Below are positions 17,586-27,913 of a stretch of 64,000 bases of DNA, piece after piece. This DNA is from an uncultured archaeon (lineage in GTDB: Archaea > Asgardarchaeota > Lokiarchaeia > Sigyniarchaeales > SOKP01), in the NCBI GenBank assembly GCA_964447495.1, contig CAYUTF010000001.1, positions 1 to 64,000 on the forward strand, in the 5' to 3' direction. The position numbers and the translations under genes were made by a program. Numbering within the stretch: position 1 is the stretch's first letter; the number at the start of each line of letters is the position of its first letter. The notes beneath the pieces are model-generated. The model worked only from the letters and a program-made list of their open reading frames with translations, was not told the DNA's origin and did not search any database.

Positions 17586-18095
17586 ATGGAGTTAAATCTG
17601 AAACTATACGGAATGTTAAAGGAAAAGGTGAAACCAGGGAGCTCTAATGGAGAGAATATAAATAAATTAGATATTAGCGATAAGGAAAAGCTTAGAGTAT
17701 CTGATGTAATGGATAAGCTAGACATCTTAGAATCTGAAGTCAGTCACATCTTTGTAAACGGGAGATATAGCGGCATTGGCAAAGAAGTACAGGAAGGAGA
17801 CAGAGTGGGATTATTTCCTAAAAATATGGGTATTATATTTGCAGAAATACCAAAAATTGGCTCTATATCTATTATGGTAAAATTATTTGCGAATTTGAGA
17901 ACTTACGGTCCTCCGAAATCAATCGTTGATATTCCTGAAGGAAGCACTATCAAGTCATTAATAAAAAAATTTAGAATCTCTGAAAAGGAGGGAAAATTGA
18001 TTATATTAATTAATGGCCTCCCATGCCATGATAATGATTATATATTGCTTGAACACGATCAAGTAGCAATCTTTCCTCCATTGGCAGGAGGGTAA
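17586..18095 (+). CDS. Tandem MoaD/ThiS (SAMP-like) ubiquitin-fold protein
   Basis: Two beta-grasp repeats (LKLYGML...FVNG...GDRVGLFP and VKLFANL...LING...DQVAIFPPLAGG); C-terminal GG. Confidence 0.85.
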   Translation: MELNLKLYGMLKEKVKPGSSNGENINKLDISDKEKLRVSDVMDKLDILESEVSHIFVNGRYSGIGKEVQEGDRVGLFPKNMGIIFAEIPKIGSISIMVKLFANLRTYGPPKSIVDIPEGSTIKSLIKKFRISEKEGKLIILINGLPCHDNDYILLEHDQVAIFPPLAGG

Positions 18096-18194
18096 ATCTT
18101 TAGTTTTTTAATGAGTTTTTCCTTCGAGATTATATTTATAAATATCGTATTTTTGGAAAGCTATTTTTAAGAGAATGATTTAAATTAAGATAAG

Positions 18195-19283
18195 ATGGTC
18201 TATAATATATTTACGATACCAGTAACTATCTTTTTTGTTGTTAATGGTTGTATTCAGTTATATTATGGAATCAAGTTAAAAAGAAACTACCCTTTATATC
18301 ATAATTTTTTAAATACTATTGTTATTTTTTTCCTATGGATTTTGGCTGGAGTGCTATATCCTGCGTTTTACCAGAGAGACAATTTTAGCGTAAGATTTTT
18401 TGAATGGCTTTCAATGACGATTATTTGTATATATGGGCCCCTCCTGATAATTCTCATATTATTGTACCAATATCAGTTTGTTATTAGAAAAAATCCAGAA
18501 TTAAAGAAAGAGCGAAATTTTGAATATTTTTTCAGTAAATTTAATCACTCTCATGATGATGCTATCTGTGAGGAAGAAAGTCACTCCTTTAATACTGACC
18601 TTCACAGAAAAATTTTTCACTTATTACCCGCAGTGCTAATCATTTTTTTATGGTTATTTGCAATACATATTTGGGAAGGGATTTGGAAAGCAGATGAATT
18701 CTGGGGGATAAATGGTGAAGAGTATGGTATTTTCTTGATTTTAACCATAGGATACACAGCAATAATCATATTTGCCGCTCTAGATTATGTGAGATTATCT
18801 TATATATTCGAGAAGAGGAATCTTTTCCATCTTGTACCTCAAAGCATTTCAAACTTATTGGTGAAGACGTTAAAAAGAAAGGAGAATTGTGAATTTACGA
18901 AACCTGTTGCCTTGATTTTATCATTAGTGCCTATTTTTTTCTGGACTCCTTTTAGCATCTTCACAGCTACAGCATTAATTGCTAGTTTAGGGGATGGAGC
19001 TGCTTCACTTTTAGGATTAAGATTCGGCATGCACCATTTTCCAAAGAACAGTACAAAAACAATTGAGGGCTATATAAGTGGATTTGTTGTTTCGTTTGTT
19101 GCTTCTCTCATAGTATTTTGGGTCTTTGAACCTTCAATTGAATTAATCTACGTACTGTTATTAGCTTTAGGGGGTGCGTCAGGCTTCCTAATAGTTGACC
19201 TTTTAAACTTAAAACTTGATGATAATATCTTAAACCCGATTTTATGTGCTTTAATAATGACCTTGATTTATGTACTCATCTAG
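18195..19283 (+). CDS. CTP-dependent isoprenoid-alcohol/diacylglycerol kinase (dolichol/phytol kinase family)
   Basis: Polytopic protein with RKIFHL, GDGAASLLG, KTIEG and DDNILNP motifs. Confidence 0.8.
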   Translation: MVYNIFTIPVTIFFVVNGCIQLYYGIKLKRNYPLYHNFLNTIVIFFLWILAGVLYPAFYQRDNFSVRFFEWLSMTIICIYGPLLIILILLYQYQFVIRKNPELKKERNFEYFFSKFNHSHDDAICEEESHSFNTDLHRKIFHLLPAVLIIFLWLFAIHIWEGIWKADEFWGINGEEYGIFLILTIGYTAIIIFAALDYVRLSYIFEKRNLFHLVPQSISNLLVKTLKRKENCEFTKPVALILSLVPIFFWTPFSIFTATALIASLGDGAASLLGLRFGMHHFPKNSTKTIEGYISGFVVSFVASLIVFWVFEPSIELIYVLLLALGGASGFLIVDLLNLKLDDNILNPILCALIMTLIYVLI

Positions 19284-19300
19284 ATATATGCTAACAGTGT

Positions 19301-22243
19301 TTAAAAGAAAGAATCCATTTTTTTTATACCTCGAATTTCTTCAAAGGTTATTCCTAGTGCATCTAATACTTGTTCAAGAGCGGATTTAAGTAATTCCTTA
19401 TACTTGGGGATGTCAATATCTTGAAGTTTTGCTATTTCTAAAACTTTGGCACCAACACTGTCTTTACTCTTAATAAGGCGAATAGTTTCACCTTTTTGAA
19501 ATTCCCTTCCCGTTATTTTCTCAAGCTCGATAGCAGCTCTTACATGTTGGGGGATTGTCTTATTATAATTGCTAATTTTTTTCTGCATTGAGATATTGAT
19601 AGCATAATCCTCTAATGGAAAAGCATCAGGTTTACCTATTTTTTTAAGATTGTCTTTTACAATTTGTATAATCTGTTGTTTCGCTTGTGAGAATTCCTCG
19701 TCATTCGTTATTTTTTTTAAAATTTCAAGTAATTGACTGAAAACTTCTTTAATAAAGTCAGGTGTGTTTTTCTTTTTTGCAACCAAGCCTTTAATATCGA
19801 CATATTTGGAATCTTTATAAATTCCGACATAATTTTTCTTTCTTTGGGAGAGAGCTAAAAATTGATAGGTTTTTTCTTCCTCTAAATCTAAATCCAATTC
19901 CTTTTTACTCCAATCGGAGATCTCTTCTAATTGTTTCTTTGAGGGATTCGCTAGAAATACAGAATCTGTGTCTCCATAAAGTACTTTTACGCCTAATCCC
20001 TCTGCTTTTCTTATAGTCTGTTTAATAGAATACTGTCCGATCCCTGTGGTACTTTCAGCCACAGGGAGGCAAAAAAGAGGAAAATTTTGACTACCGAATA
20101 CTCCATATGAGCCATTTATAAAAACCTTAAGAGCTTGTTGGATTGTATTATAATAATCTTGCTGTTTTTTAGTTAAGGTTTTGTCACTTGATTTTGGTTT
20201 AAAGTATTTAACTCTAATATCTCGGAAGAATCCTACAACATACGCAAAAATACCCATTTTATGGGTACATATATAATATGGAGAGCCTTTTACAAAATTA
20301 TCTTCATCATCCTTATGGGGGCAAAGAACAGTTTCATACGATAGATTAGATTCTTTTATGATAGAAGGATATAGCGATGCAAAATCCATTACGACAACAT
20401 CATAGTGAATACCTGGAACTGGAGGAATGACATACGCACCTTGAAATTTCTCATCATTGGCTTTTGACATCATCTTTCCTCCTTTCTTCAATTCAGAAAT
20501 TTCGGATCTACGTGGAATAAGCAGATTTTTCCGGCGATGTTCGAAATAAAAAATATTTTGAATCCAAGTCGAGATTTGTCTCCGTACCATCTCATGAATT
20601 GGCATTTTAGTAATTCTACATAATAAAATAATTAAATTCCAAACCAATGAGTTGTTGAATTTAGTTAATTCTAATGTTAATAAAGAATCTTTCAAATTAT
20701 ACCATGAAAGAATACTATATTTCATTTCATGGATTTCTTCTTCATGTTCATACTTCTTCTTTCCCAGAAGAGCCGCGCTAATGGCATTTAAAGAAGCACT
20801 CTGATAAGCACCACTGAAGGCATATCCTGCAATACTTCTATTAAAGAAAAAATTGAACACATCAATATGAACACCTTTCCTTAAATCGCATTCTGCCTTA
20901 GACAAGATTCCGAATCCTCTCTTAACTTGAATTGGATTTAGATCTTTACTGATTTTCAACTTTTCAGCTCTATGATACATATAATTTAAATCAAAATTAT
21001 CGCCATTAAACGTGATGACTACAGGATATTCCCAAAGAATTCTAAAAGTCTCAATTAAGAGTTCTTTTTCTGAGGTGAAGAAATACATTTTCGCGTCAGG
21101 GGGAAATTTCTTATGGAGCTTTTCAAAGGTAAAACCTTCACGCTCCAATACATACACTAATTTTAATCCATCTGTTGCGACAAATGAAATGCTGATGATT
21201 TCTTGTCTAGCTAAACTTGGGTCTGGAATAGTATAATCATGTTCTCCCATATTGACTTCAATATCCATAGCGACCCGTTTTACATCGGGGATAGGTGTGA
21301 GGAAAATATCTAAATACTTTTCAGCGAATTCTCTAATTTCTGGTTCTTCATTTTTAAACAGATTACGAAGTTCTTCAGCTAATGTTTTTGATTCATCGCT
21401 TAGTTGTTCATAATTGATCTTTTGAATATTTCCCTTTTTTATTTTATAAATTAATCCGGGAATTAGTTGTCTATCAAATATATAGTTTAAATGGTATCTA
21501 ATATCTGCTTCCCAAGCCTTTAAATCATTTCTTTCTAAGATAGATCGAATATTAATCCCTGAGCCTCCTATATCCGATGGAGTTTTGCCATAAATCTTAG
21601 TTAGAGGAATTTCTTTGTCACTTAAGAGATCATAGCGTTTTATTGCTTCGAATCTCGTGAATCCCGAAAAATCTGAGATTTTTTTTTGTTGCTCATGATC
21701 GCCTATTTTTTCTACGTATGTTAGATTTTTCAATATTGAGAGATCTGTTTCTTTACTCAAGCAATACGGCTCATGATTAGTAGTATCGATCCAAATTTTA
21801 ATGTCATCATTCTCGAGATCATAAAATTTACAATATGCTTTATTTTGTCCGCCATCATATTCAACATCAAGGAGTAAACCTCTTTCTAAATCTTGAACTA
21901 TGTCATTATTTTCAATGAGATAGCGTAGGTATTTTGAACTAAGTGATTCTCTCTTTAATTTATCCACATTAATTCCTCCAGATTTTAACCCAAAATTTTC
22001 ATCTACTTTCTTAAAGTAAAGCTTTTTAGGCACTGTTTGAGGTATCTCTTTAATAGCTTGACCAGATACGTTAATTTCTTGTCCTTTCATCTCTTTTTCT
22101 TCAGATAAAGGTTCAATTTCTTTAATTTCAGCGATTGCTTTTTCTGATTTTTTCTTGGTTTTATTAACCTCTATAAACGAAATCAGTGATTTTTGTTTTT
22201 CATCCACTTTTTTCTTCTTTTTAGGATTTTTAGAATTAGGCAC
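19301..22243 (-). CDS. polB1: Family B DNA polymerase, PolB1 type
   Basis: Exonuclease motifs MDIEV, TFNGDNFD and YNLKDS; polymerase motifs DFASLYPS, QALKVFINGSYG, YGDTDS and KKNY; N-terminal D.T.H.PYC typical of PolB1; GTG start. Confidence 0.92.
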   Translation of the reverse strand: MPNSKNPKKKKKVDEKQKSLISFIEVNKTKKKSEKAIAEIKEIEPLSEEKEMKGQEINVSGQAIKEIPQTVPKKLYFKKVDENFGLKSGGINVDKLKRESLSSKYLRYLIENNDIVQDLERGLLLDVEYDGGQNKAYCKFYDLENDDIKIWIDTTNHEPYCLSKETDLSILKNLTYVEKIGDHEQQKKISDFSGFTRFEAIKRYDLLSDKEIPLTKIYGKTPSDIGGSGINIRSILERNDLKAWEADIRYHLNYIFDRQLIPGLIYKIKKGNIQKINYEQLSDESKTLAEELRNLFKNEEPEIREFAEKYLDIFLTPIPDVKRVAMDIEVNMGEHDYTIPDPSLARQEIISISFVATDGLKLVYVLEREGFTFEKLHKKFPPDAKMYFFTSEKELLIETFRILWEYPVVITFNGDNFDLNYMYHRAEKLKISKDLNPIQVKRGFGILSKAECDLRKGVHIDVFNFFFNRSIAGYAFSGAYQSASLNAISAALLGKKKYEHEEEIHEMKYSILSWYNLKDSLLTLELTKFNNSLVWNLIILLCRITKMPIHEMVRRQISTWIQNIFYFEHRRKNLLIPRRSEISELKKGGKMMSKANDEKFQGAYVIPPVPGIHYDVVVMDFASLYPSIIKESNLSYETVLCPHKDDEDNFVKGSPYYICTHKMGIFAYVVGFFRDIRVKYFKPKSSDKTLTKKQQDYYNTIQQALKVFINGSYGVFGSQNFPLFCLPVAESTTGIGQYSIKQTIRKAEGLGVKVLYGDTDSVFLANPSKKQLEEISDWSKKELDLDLEEEKTYQFLALSQRKKNYVGIYKDSKYVDIKGLVAKKKNTPDFIKEVFSQLLEILKKITNDEEFSQAKQQIIQIVKDNLKKIGKPDAFPLEDYAINISMQKKISNYNKTIPQHVRAAIELEKITGREFQKGETIRLIKSKDSVGAKVLEIAKLQDIDIPKYKELLKSALEQVLDALGITFEEIRGIKKMDSFF

Positions 22244-22468
22244 GTTTTTAACCTGTTTTTAATTCATTTCAATATTCTAAGTATTATTATGTAAATATTA
22301 ATATTAATCTCAACTATTCTGAGTTTAATATTGCATATTCATACAATTTAAAAAAAGGTAGGTCATTCAAGAATTACCTCTTTTTTTAATACGAAAAAAC
22401 GAAAGTAGCGTAATGCTTACCACAAAGAGTAATCTTTATGATATCAGAGGATGGCAAAGATTATGGTA

Positions 22469-22813
22469 TCAATTATGCTTATTTTCGCTTAAAACCTTTT
22501 TGATCTCTTCTAATAGGAGCTGTTTCTCGGCAATAAAGAAATGTAATTTACTTTTTTCTGGATGCTCACTGTAAATAACCTCTGCCATATCCTTTACTTC
22601 TTCCTCCGTTGGTTCAATGAGCACACCATCCACATTTTCATTTAATAATATAACAAGATTGTCAGTTTCCAGCGGTTTAAAATCCAAACTGTTCCTAGTA
22701 TTTTTATTAATCTTCACACAGAGTTCTGCTAAATACCACACACTTTTTTCATAATCTTCTCCCGATTTATAACGTTGATAAGCTAAAATCTCTACATCTT
22801 CTTTTGTGAACAC
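22469..22813 (-). CDS. Hypothetical protein with two DUF2934-like helical repeats
   Basis: TKEDVEILAYQRY...WYLAE and TEEEVKDMAEVIY...FFIAE. Confidence 0.6.
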   Translation of the reverse strand: MFTKEDVEILAYQRYKSGEDYEKSVWYLAELCVKINKNTRNSLDFKPLETDNLVILLNENVDGVLIEPTEEEVKDMAEVIYSEHPEKSKLHFFIAEKQLLLEEIKKVLSENKHN

Positions 22814-22979
22814 TTTTTCGACACAACTCTAATATTTAAGTAATTAATTGTATTTAATTAAACAAAAGTAAGATTAGCATTTAATTATTTGTATGAATAT
22901 CCATAGCTGTCAAAACCACAAAATTAATAATAAATTCCGCTTTAATAACATATAATTACCAGATAATTTTAAAAAATGA

Positions 22980-23081
22980 GCCTCTGTGGCTTAGCGGTAG
23001 AGCAGCTGACTTGTAATCAGCAGGCCGTGGGTTCAAGTGCTCAAAATTAAGAATTTTGGACTGAAAATCCCACCAGGGGCT
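22980..23081 (+). tRNA. tRNA-Thr(UGU) with a 30-nt intron in the T-loop (position 59/60; intron 23038-23067)
   Basis: Acceptor stem GCCTCTG/CAGGGGC; anticodon arm GCTGA-CTTGTAA-TCAGC; T-stem GTGGG/CCCAC; BHB with a TTCA/TGAA central helix and AGT/AAT bulges. Spliced T-loop reads TTCAAGT. CCA is not encoded. Confidence 0.93.
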
Positions 23082-23183
23082 TATTATCATCTTTTAATCT
23101 ATATAATTATTTTTAATAAGCATTGAAAATATCAATAATTTAGATTTTTCAATTAATTAATAGTTTTTAAAGCACCTTTTCTA

Positions 23184-24767
23184 ATGAATAAAATTAACAG
23201 AATAATTTATTGCATCATAGACGATATAAGAGCAGAACAGTTATTTCAGCTAATTAATAAAGGTTTGATGCCTAATTTTAAGAAATTAAGTGAAGAAGGG
23301 ATATTTTCTAAAAATTGTGTAACAGATTTCCCAGCAGTCACATATCCCACTCAAGTATCAATGATTACAGGCACTCACACTGGAGATTATCGAAATGAAT
23401 TATGTCACGGGGTTCCATTATACAATTGGATGGAAAGAGGTGTTTCTCCTCCTCTTTTTCGATCTTATGGCACAATTGGTTCAGATGAGAGAATTCAAAT
23501 ATATAAAATGAATGAAGATATTGGTGAGAATTGCCAAACAATACTAGAAATGATAAAGGGAGGAAACAAAGCAAGTATTCTTCAATTTATTAACCGAGGG
23601 GCAGATTATTTTTACCCTGAAACCAAAGCAAAATTTGCATTTTATTATTTATTATTAAAAAATTCAAGACATATTGAGAAGCATCTCTTTAGAGTTAACA
23701 CTCTTGTTGTTAAAAAGATTATAGAGGTATTTAAAAATCCAAGGAGGTTTTTTGATTTAAATGAGGCACCTATAGCGAGTTTACTTTGGTTTGTTTCACC
23801 AGATGTTCTTTTACATTTATATGGATCAACCTCTAAGCAGTATCTTCTTAATATGATTCATATTGACAAAGTTTTCGGAGTATTGCTAAAGGAACTTGAA
23901 AATATGGGATATTTAGACGATACTGCAATTGCGATTTCATCTGATCATGGGAATTATCCAGTGAAAGCTTTTGGGAATCTATCACCATTTATTCAAAATT
24001 ATGGACTACACAATTATCATCCACGTAAGAATGTTAAAGGTACCATAAATATGACTGATATTGGAGGTGTTGGTTTTTTTAATGTAAAATCGAGGGATTC
24101 CTATTCTAAAACCTATTGGAAGCCTCCTAAATTGAAAGATCTTGAAAGTTATGGTCCCAAAAAAATAAATCTTCTTTCTGAATTGTTTAAAATCAAAGGA
24201 TGCGAATTAATGTATTATAGGGATGATGATAATAAATTAGACAAGGGAATCATTCATTTGAAGAGAAAATTAAATAATTCTGAAAAAATTATATCCGGAT
24301 ATTTAGAATATCGTGGTTTAGGAAGAGAATATCAGATAAAATATTCCAATGAGGATCAAGATTACGATATTTTTGATTATTATAAGGATGAACTTTCTTG
24401 TAAGTTAATTGATAACAAATTTCACTATCCACGAGAATGGTTAGAAAATACACATCATATAGATTATCCTATTTATCCAGAACTAGTGCCTCATCATTTT
24501 AAAAATCCACGTGGAGCAGATATCATTATTAGTACAAAAGGCTCTGTTGTATATAATATCAAACATGGAGTAGAAAAAAAGCCAAATCGATATGTACATG
24601 ACATTGGATTAAGGAGTTGTTCGATAGTACCATTATTAATAGGAGGGTCGAAAGATATCCCAAAAAAAGAGGTCACTTTTTGCAAAACCATTGATATCGT
24701 TCCTACATTATTAAAAATGATTCAGCAAAAGCTTCATAAAAGTGTATTAGGAGAAAGTTTAATATAA
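23184..24767 (+). CDS. Alkaline-phosphatase superfamily nucleotide pyrophosphatase/phosphodiesterase
   Basis: IIDD, FPAVTYP (Thr nucleophile), PDVLLH, SSDHG, HD and DIVPTLL motifs. Confidence 0.8.
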   Translation: MNKINRIIYCIIDDIRAEQLFQLINKGLMPNFKKLSEEGIFSKNCVTDFPAVTYPTQVSMITGTHTGDYRNELCHGVPLYNWMERGVSPPLFRSYGTIGSDERIQIYKMNEDIGENCQTILEMIKGGNKASILQFINRGADYFYPETKAKFAFYYLLLKNSRHIEKHLFRVNTLVVKKIIEVFKNPRRFFDLNEAPIASLLWFVSPDVLLHLYGSTSKQYLLNMIHIDKVFGVLLKELENMGYLDDTAIAISSDHGNYPVKAFGNLSPFIQNYGLHNYHPRKNVKGTINMTDIGGVGFFNVKSRDSYSKTYWKPPKLKDLESYGPKKINLLSELFKIKGCELMYYRDDDNKLDKGIIHLKRKLNNSEKIISGYLEYRGLGREYQIKYSNEDQDYDIFDYYKDELSCKLIDNKFHYPREWLENTHHIDYPIYPELVPHHFKNPRGADIIISTKGSVVYNIKHGVEKKPNRYVHDIGLRSCSIVPLLIGGSKDIPKKEVTFCKTIDIVPTLLKMIQQKLHKSVLGESLI

Positions 24768-24808
24768 TTAATTTTACGATAATTTAGGAAAGAATTTTTG
24801 TATCCTTT

Positions 24809-25912
24809 TTATTTATGAGCTTTTAAATATTGATAGACTAATTCAGCAGCTTTTTCTATTGATTGCAAATTACTTACTTCAGGAACATTATGAGAATACT
24901 TGATAGGAATCCCAATTAAAATAGAACTAATACCTAACCATTTCTGTGTTTTTCCCGCATCTGACCCATAAAATTCTAAAACCCCCTCTTGAAAGTCAAG
25001 TTTATTCTTTTCAGCGATATCTACAAATCTTTTACATAAGTTATAATCAAATATACCGGAACCCCTTGCCTCTTGCCACACAATAACGGGACCCCCATCT
25101 ATAGTAATATCTGAACTGACTGCTCCTTTAAAATCGGAAACAATACCGATATCTAATGCAATCACTTGATCGATAGGATTATTTTTAGTGAAAAAGAGAG
25201 CACCTTCAGTTCCAATCTCTTCTCTTGTAGTAGCTACTAAATAAAGATCATAAGACTTGTTTAAATAGCCAAATTCGGTGAGTAAATTTTTAAGTATTTT
25301 TTCTGAAAGAGAAATTAAAGCTGTGAGGGCAACTAAATTATCCATTGAATACCCTGCAATAACCTTATCATCAATAGTAGGATTTAATAATCCAAAATCT
25401 CCAGAAAAAACAAATGGAGCCCCAATGTGAAGCTTATATCTCTCTTTTGCTTCTTCTTTTGATATTGCTCCAATGTAAATCTCCATCTCATCAGTATTAA
25501 TCTTTTCCTTAACTCTTAGTTTTTCCGGAACAGCATGAGTCGCTCTCCCTGCGATAATTCCATTAATCCACTCTCCATCCCTATTTAAAATTACTACTCT
25601 TCTTGATACTAACCATCTTCCCTCGTAACCTCCTCTTTTTGAAAATTCTAAAGTACCGTCTTTATTTATTTTTCGGATAGTTCCTCCAATTTCATCTAAG
25701 TGGGCAACGATAGCAATGGATTTCTTCTTCTCTTTTCCTTTAAATTTGATATAAACGTTTCCCAACTCATCAATTTTGATCGGGATATCTTTTTCTTTTA
25801 TAATATTTTCCATTTCTTTCTTAAATACTGCGCCACGCCATTCTTCAAGACCAGAAGGCGCTCTTTTAGAAGCAAGGTTACTTATTATTCTTAATAGTTC
25901 AGTTGTATTCAA
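24809..25912 (-). CDS. M42-family (TET-like) metallo-aminopeptidase
   Basis: APSGLE, DELGN, AHLDEIG, SMDN, REEIG, ALD, GSDAG and YSH. Confidence 0.88.
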   Translation of the reverse strand: MNTTELLRIISNLASKRAPSGLEEWRGAVFKKEMENIIKEKDIPIKIDELGNVYIKFKGKEKKKSIAIVAHLDEIGGTIRKINKDGTLEFSKRGGYEGRWLVSRRVVILNRDGEWINGIIAGRATHAVPEKLRVKEKINTDEMEIYIGAISKEEAKERYKLHIGAPFVFSGDFGLLNPTIDDKVIAGYSMDNLVALTALISLSEKILKNLLTEFGYLNKSYDLYLVATTREEIGTEGALFFTKNNPIDQVIALDIGIVSDFKGAVSSDITIDGGPVIVWQEARGSGIFDYNLCKRFVDIAEKNKLDFQEGVLEFYGSDAGKTQKWLGISSILIGIPIKYSHNVPEVSNLQSIEKAAELVYQYLKAHK

Positions 25913-26063
25913 GATTTTTTCACTTTAATTATCGAAATTAAATTCATTACAATTTAATATTTCTACATTGCAAAAAGTCTTTACAGATTAAAAAAAGTTT
26001 TAGTTTTAGCAAATTTTTTACACTTGATGGAAGAGACTAGCAATAACTCTTAAATAGTAAATG

Positions 26064-27170
26064 TTAATTATTTGATTGTTTCTTTGGAGGCACAAATACT
26101 TCTCTTGGGCCAACTCGCTCTAACTCTATCGCATTTTCTGGACAATGGTGTGCACAAACACCGCATCCAATACACTTAGCTTCATCTATGACCGCAACAC
26201 CATCTACTAATTCAATTGTTTCCATCGGGCATTTTGAAACACAGGTACCACATCCAATACAGTCTTCCATGTTTACTCTTGCAATATAGGAGGTAATGGT
26301 ATGAATTGGCATTATTCCTTGGTAATACATCTGAAATGGTCCACAACAACATTTGCAACAATTACAGATCGCTTCAATATTATTTGTGGTGTCCAAATGA
26401 ACATGAAATACTTTATGAACTAAACCATAATCTTCGGCTTCTCGAAAAACCTTTAAAGCATCCTTTTTAGAAATTTCCTTTCCAAAGTTATGTTGGACTA
26501 CAAATTGGGCACTTTTATCAAAGAAAAAACAATTTAATTTTGGAGCATTCAATTTGCATGGATCATTAACTAATTCTTTTTCTGTTCTGCAATAGCAATT
26601 AGAGATTGCGATAATATCATAATCATTTATGATACTCTTAATTTCTTCATAAGGTAGGATGCCTTCAGCCCCTATATCGATTTGTTCTTCTACTGGTATG
26701 ATTCTATCAAGAGCCGGAAACTTTTTAAATTGTTCTATTATAGTATCATAATTCTTTTGAGTCCCTTCTCTTAATTCCTCAAATATCTTCTCAAAAAGGT
26801 GAGCTTTTTTCTTATCATGGTCCGTAGTTGTGCCCCTTAAAAATTGATATTCAAATAGTCCCGGCCACATTGGCAATAAACGATATACCATTAATCCTGT
26901 AGTTCGACTTGGAACACCCACAATAATACCTCGATTCATTAAATCGTTTAAGATTTCATTGAGGATATCATCATCCAAACGCGTTATTTCTTTAATTTGA
27001 TCTATATTTAAGGTAGGTGATTTGAAATGTAAAATAAACTTCGCTTGCTGCTCAGTCATAATAGCCTTTAATAATTCTATTACTGTTGAACTTATTGGAA
27101 TTGGCATTTTACCTGCTTTAGCAATGGTTCTAGCAGCACGATACCATAATTTGTCTAAATCTTCTGGCAT
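26064..27170 (-). CDS. 4Fe-4S dicluster ferredoxin-domain protein
   Basis: CYCR, ICNCCKCCC, CIGCGTCVSKCP and CIGCGVCAHHCP. Confidence 0.85.
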   Translation of the reverse strand: MPEDLDKLWYRAARTIAKAGKMPIPISSTVIELLKAIMTEQQAKFILHFKSPTLNIDQIKEITRLDDDILNEILNDLMNRGIIVGVPSRTTGLMVYRLLPMWPGLFEYQFLRGTTTDHDKKKAHLFEKIFEELREGTQKNYDTIIEQFKKFPALDRIIPVEEQIDIGAEGILPYEEIKSIINDYDIIAISNCYCRTEKELVNDPCKLNAPKLNCFFFDKSAQFVVQHNFGKEISKKDALKVFREAEDYGLVHKVFHVHLDTTNNIEAICNCCKCCCGPFQMYYQGIMPIHTITSYIARVNMEDCIGCGTCVSKCPMETIELVDGVAVIDEAKCIGCGVCAHHCPENAIELERVGPREVFVPPKKQSNN

Positions 27171-27277
27171 TTAATCTCAAATATGTATTTAATATGAAAT
27201 GTATTAAGAAGGTTTATTAGTAAAATCAAAAATTACATTAATATTTTATACCATTTACTTAAAGGAAGAATTAGTTA

Positions 27278-27703
27278 TTAAAGAGGATTTTTAACAAGGA
27301 AGTAAACCTCTTTTGAACCACAATTAGGACATTTAGTTTTTGAGTCCTTAGTCGCATCTAAATCCTCCCACTCGTGATTGCAATTTAAACATCCGTATCC
27401 TAAAAATTGCTTTTTAAAATTGATATTCCCCCCATAAACATTGAGATTCTTGCCCTCTACAAAAGCTTGTGTTACTTTCTGATGGGCACTTTCTAATATT
27501 CTCGAAAAAGTGGGTTGGGAAACCCCCATTTTATCAGCAGAATCTTTTTGAGTTAATGAAACATAATGCTTAAGTCTCATCGCTTCAAATTCAGCGATAG
27601 TTAATACAACGGATGCTTCATACAAAGGATCATCAATTCTTTGTATAAAATAAAAATTATTGGGGGGGTCTTTAACAAACCTCATTCTTGTCCTGCGTCC
27701 CAT
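27278..27703 (-). CDS. DUF134 (UPF0251) HTH protein with a C-terminal Zn ribbon
   Basis: EFEAMRL..Y..LTQ..SA..MGVSQPTFSRIL.SA; CLNC...CPNCGS. Confidence 0.85.
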   Translation of the reverse strand: MGRRTRMRFVKDPPNNFYFIQRIDDPLYEASVVLTIAEFEAMRLKHYVSLTQKDSADKMGVSQPTFSRILESAHQKVTQAFVEGKNLNVYGGNINFKKQFLGYGCLNCNHEWEDLDATKDSKTKCPNCGSKEVYFLVKNPL

Positions 27704-27747
27704 AAAAATCAAATCATATAGTTATTGGATAATAACGATATTAATAA

Positions 27748-27784
27748 TAATTATTCATAAATTATTATATTAATTATTCATAAA
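27748..27784. promoter_or_regulatory. 14-bp direct repeat TAATTATTCATAAA (x2) in a divergent promoter region; candidate operator
   Basis: Exact copies at 27748-27761 and 27771-27784, 23 nt apart. The AT-rich context lowers significance. Confidence 0.35.
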
Positions 27785-27913
27785 AAAATATTTAACATTA
27801 ACTTTCTCTAAGTTTTATTAGCTAAGATAATTGAAATGCATCACATATAAAAACCTTAAGATCTAATTAATATCTAATTTTAATTTATAATTTTATAAAT
27901 GAGGTTTTACATA

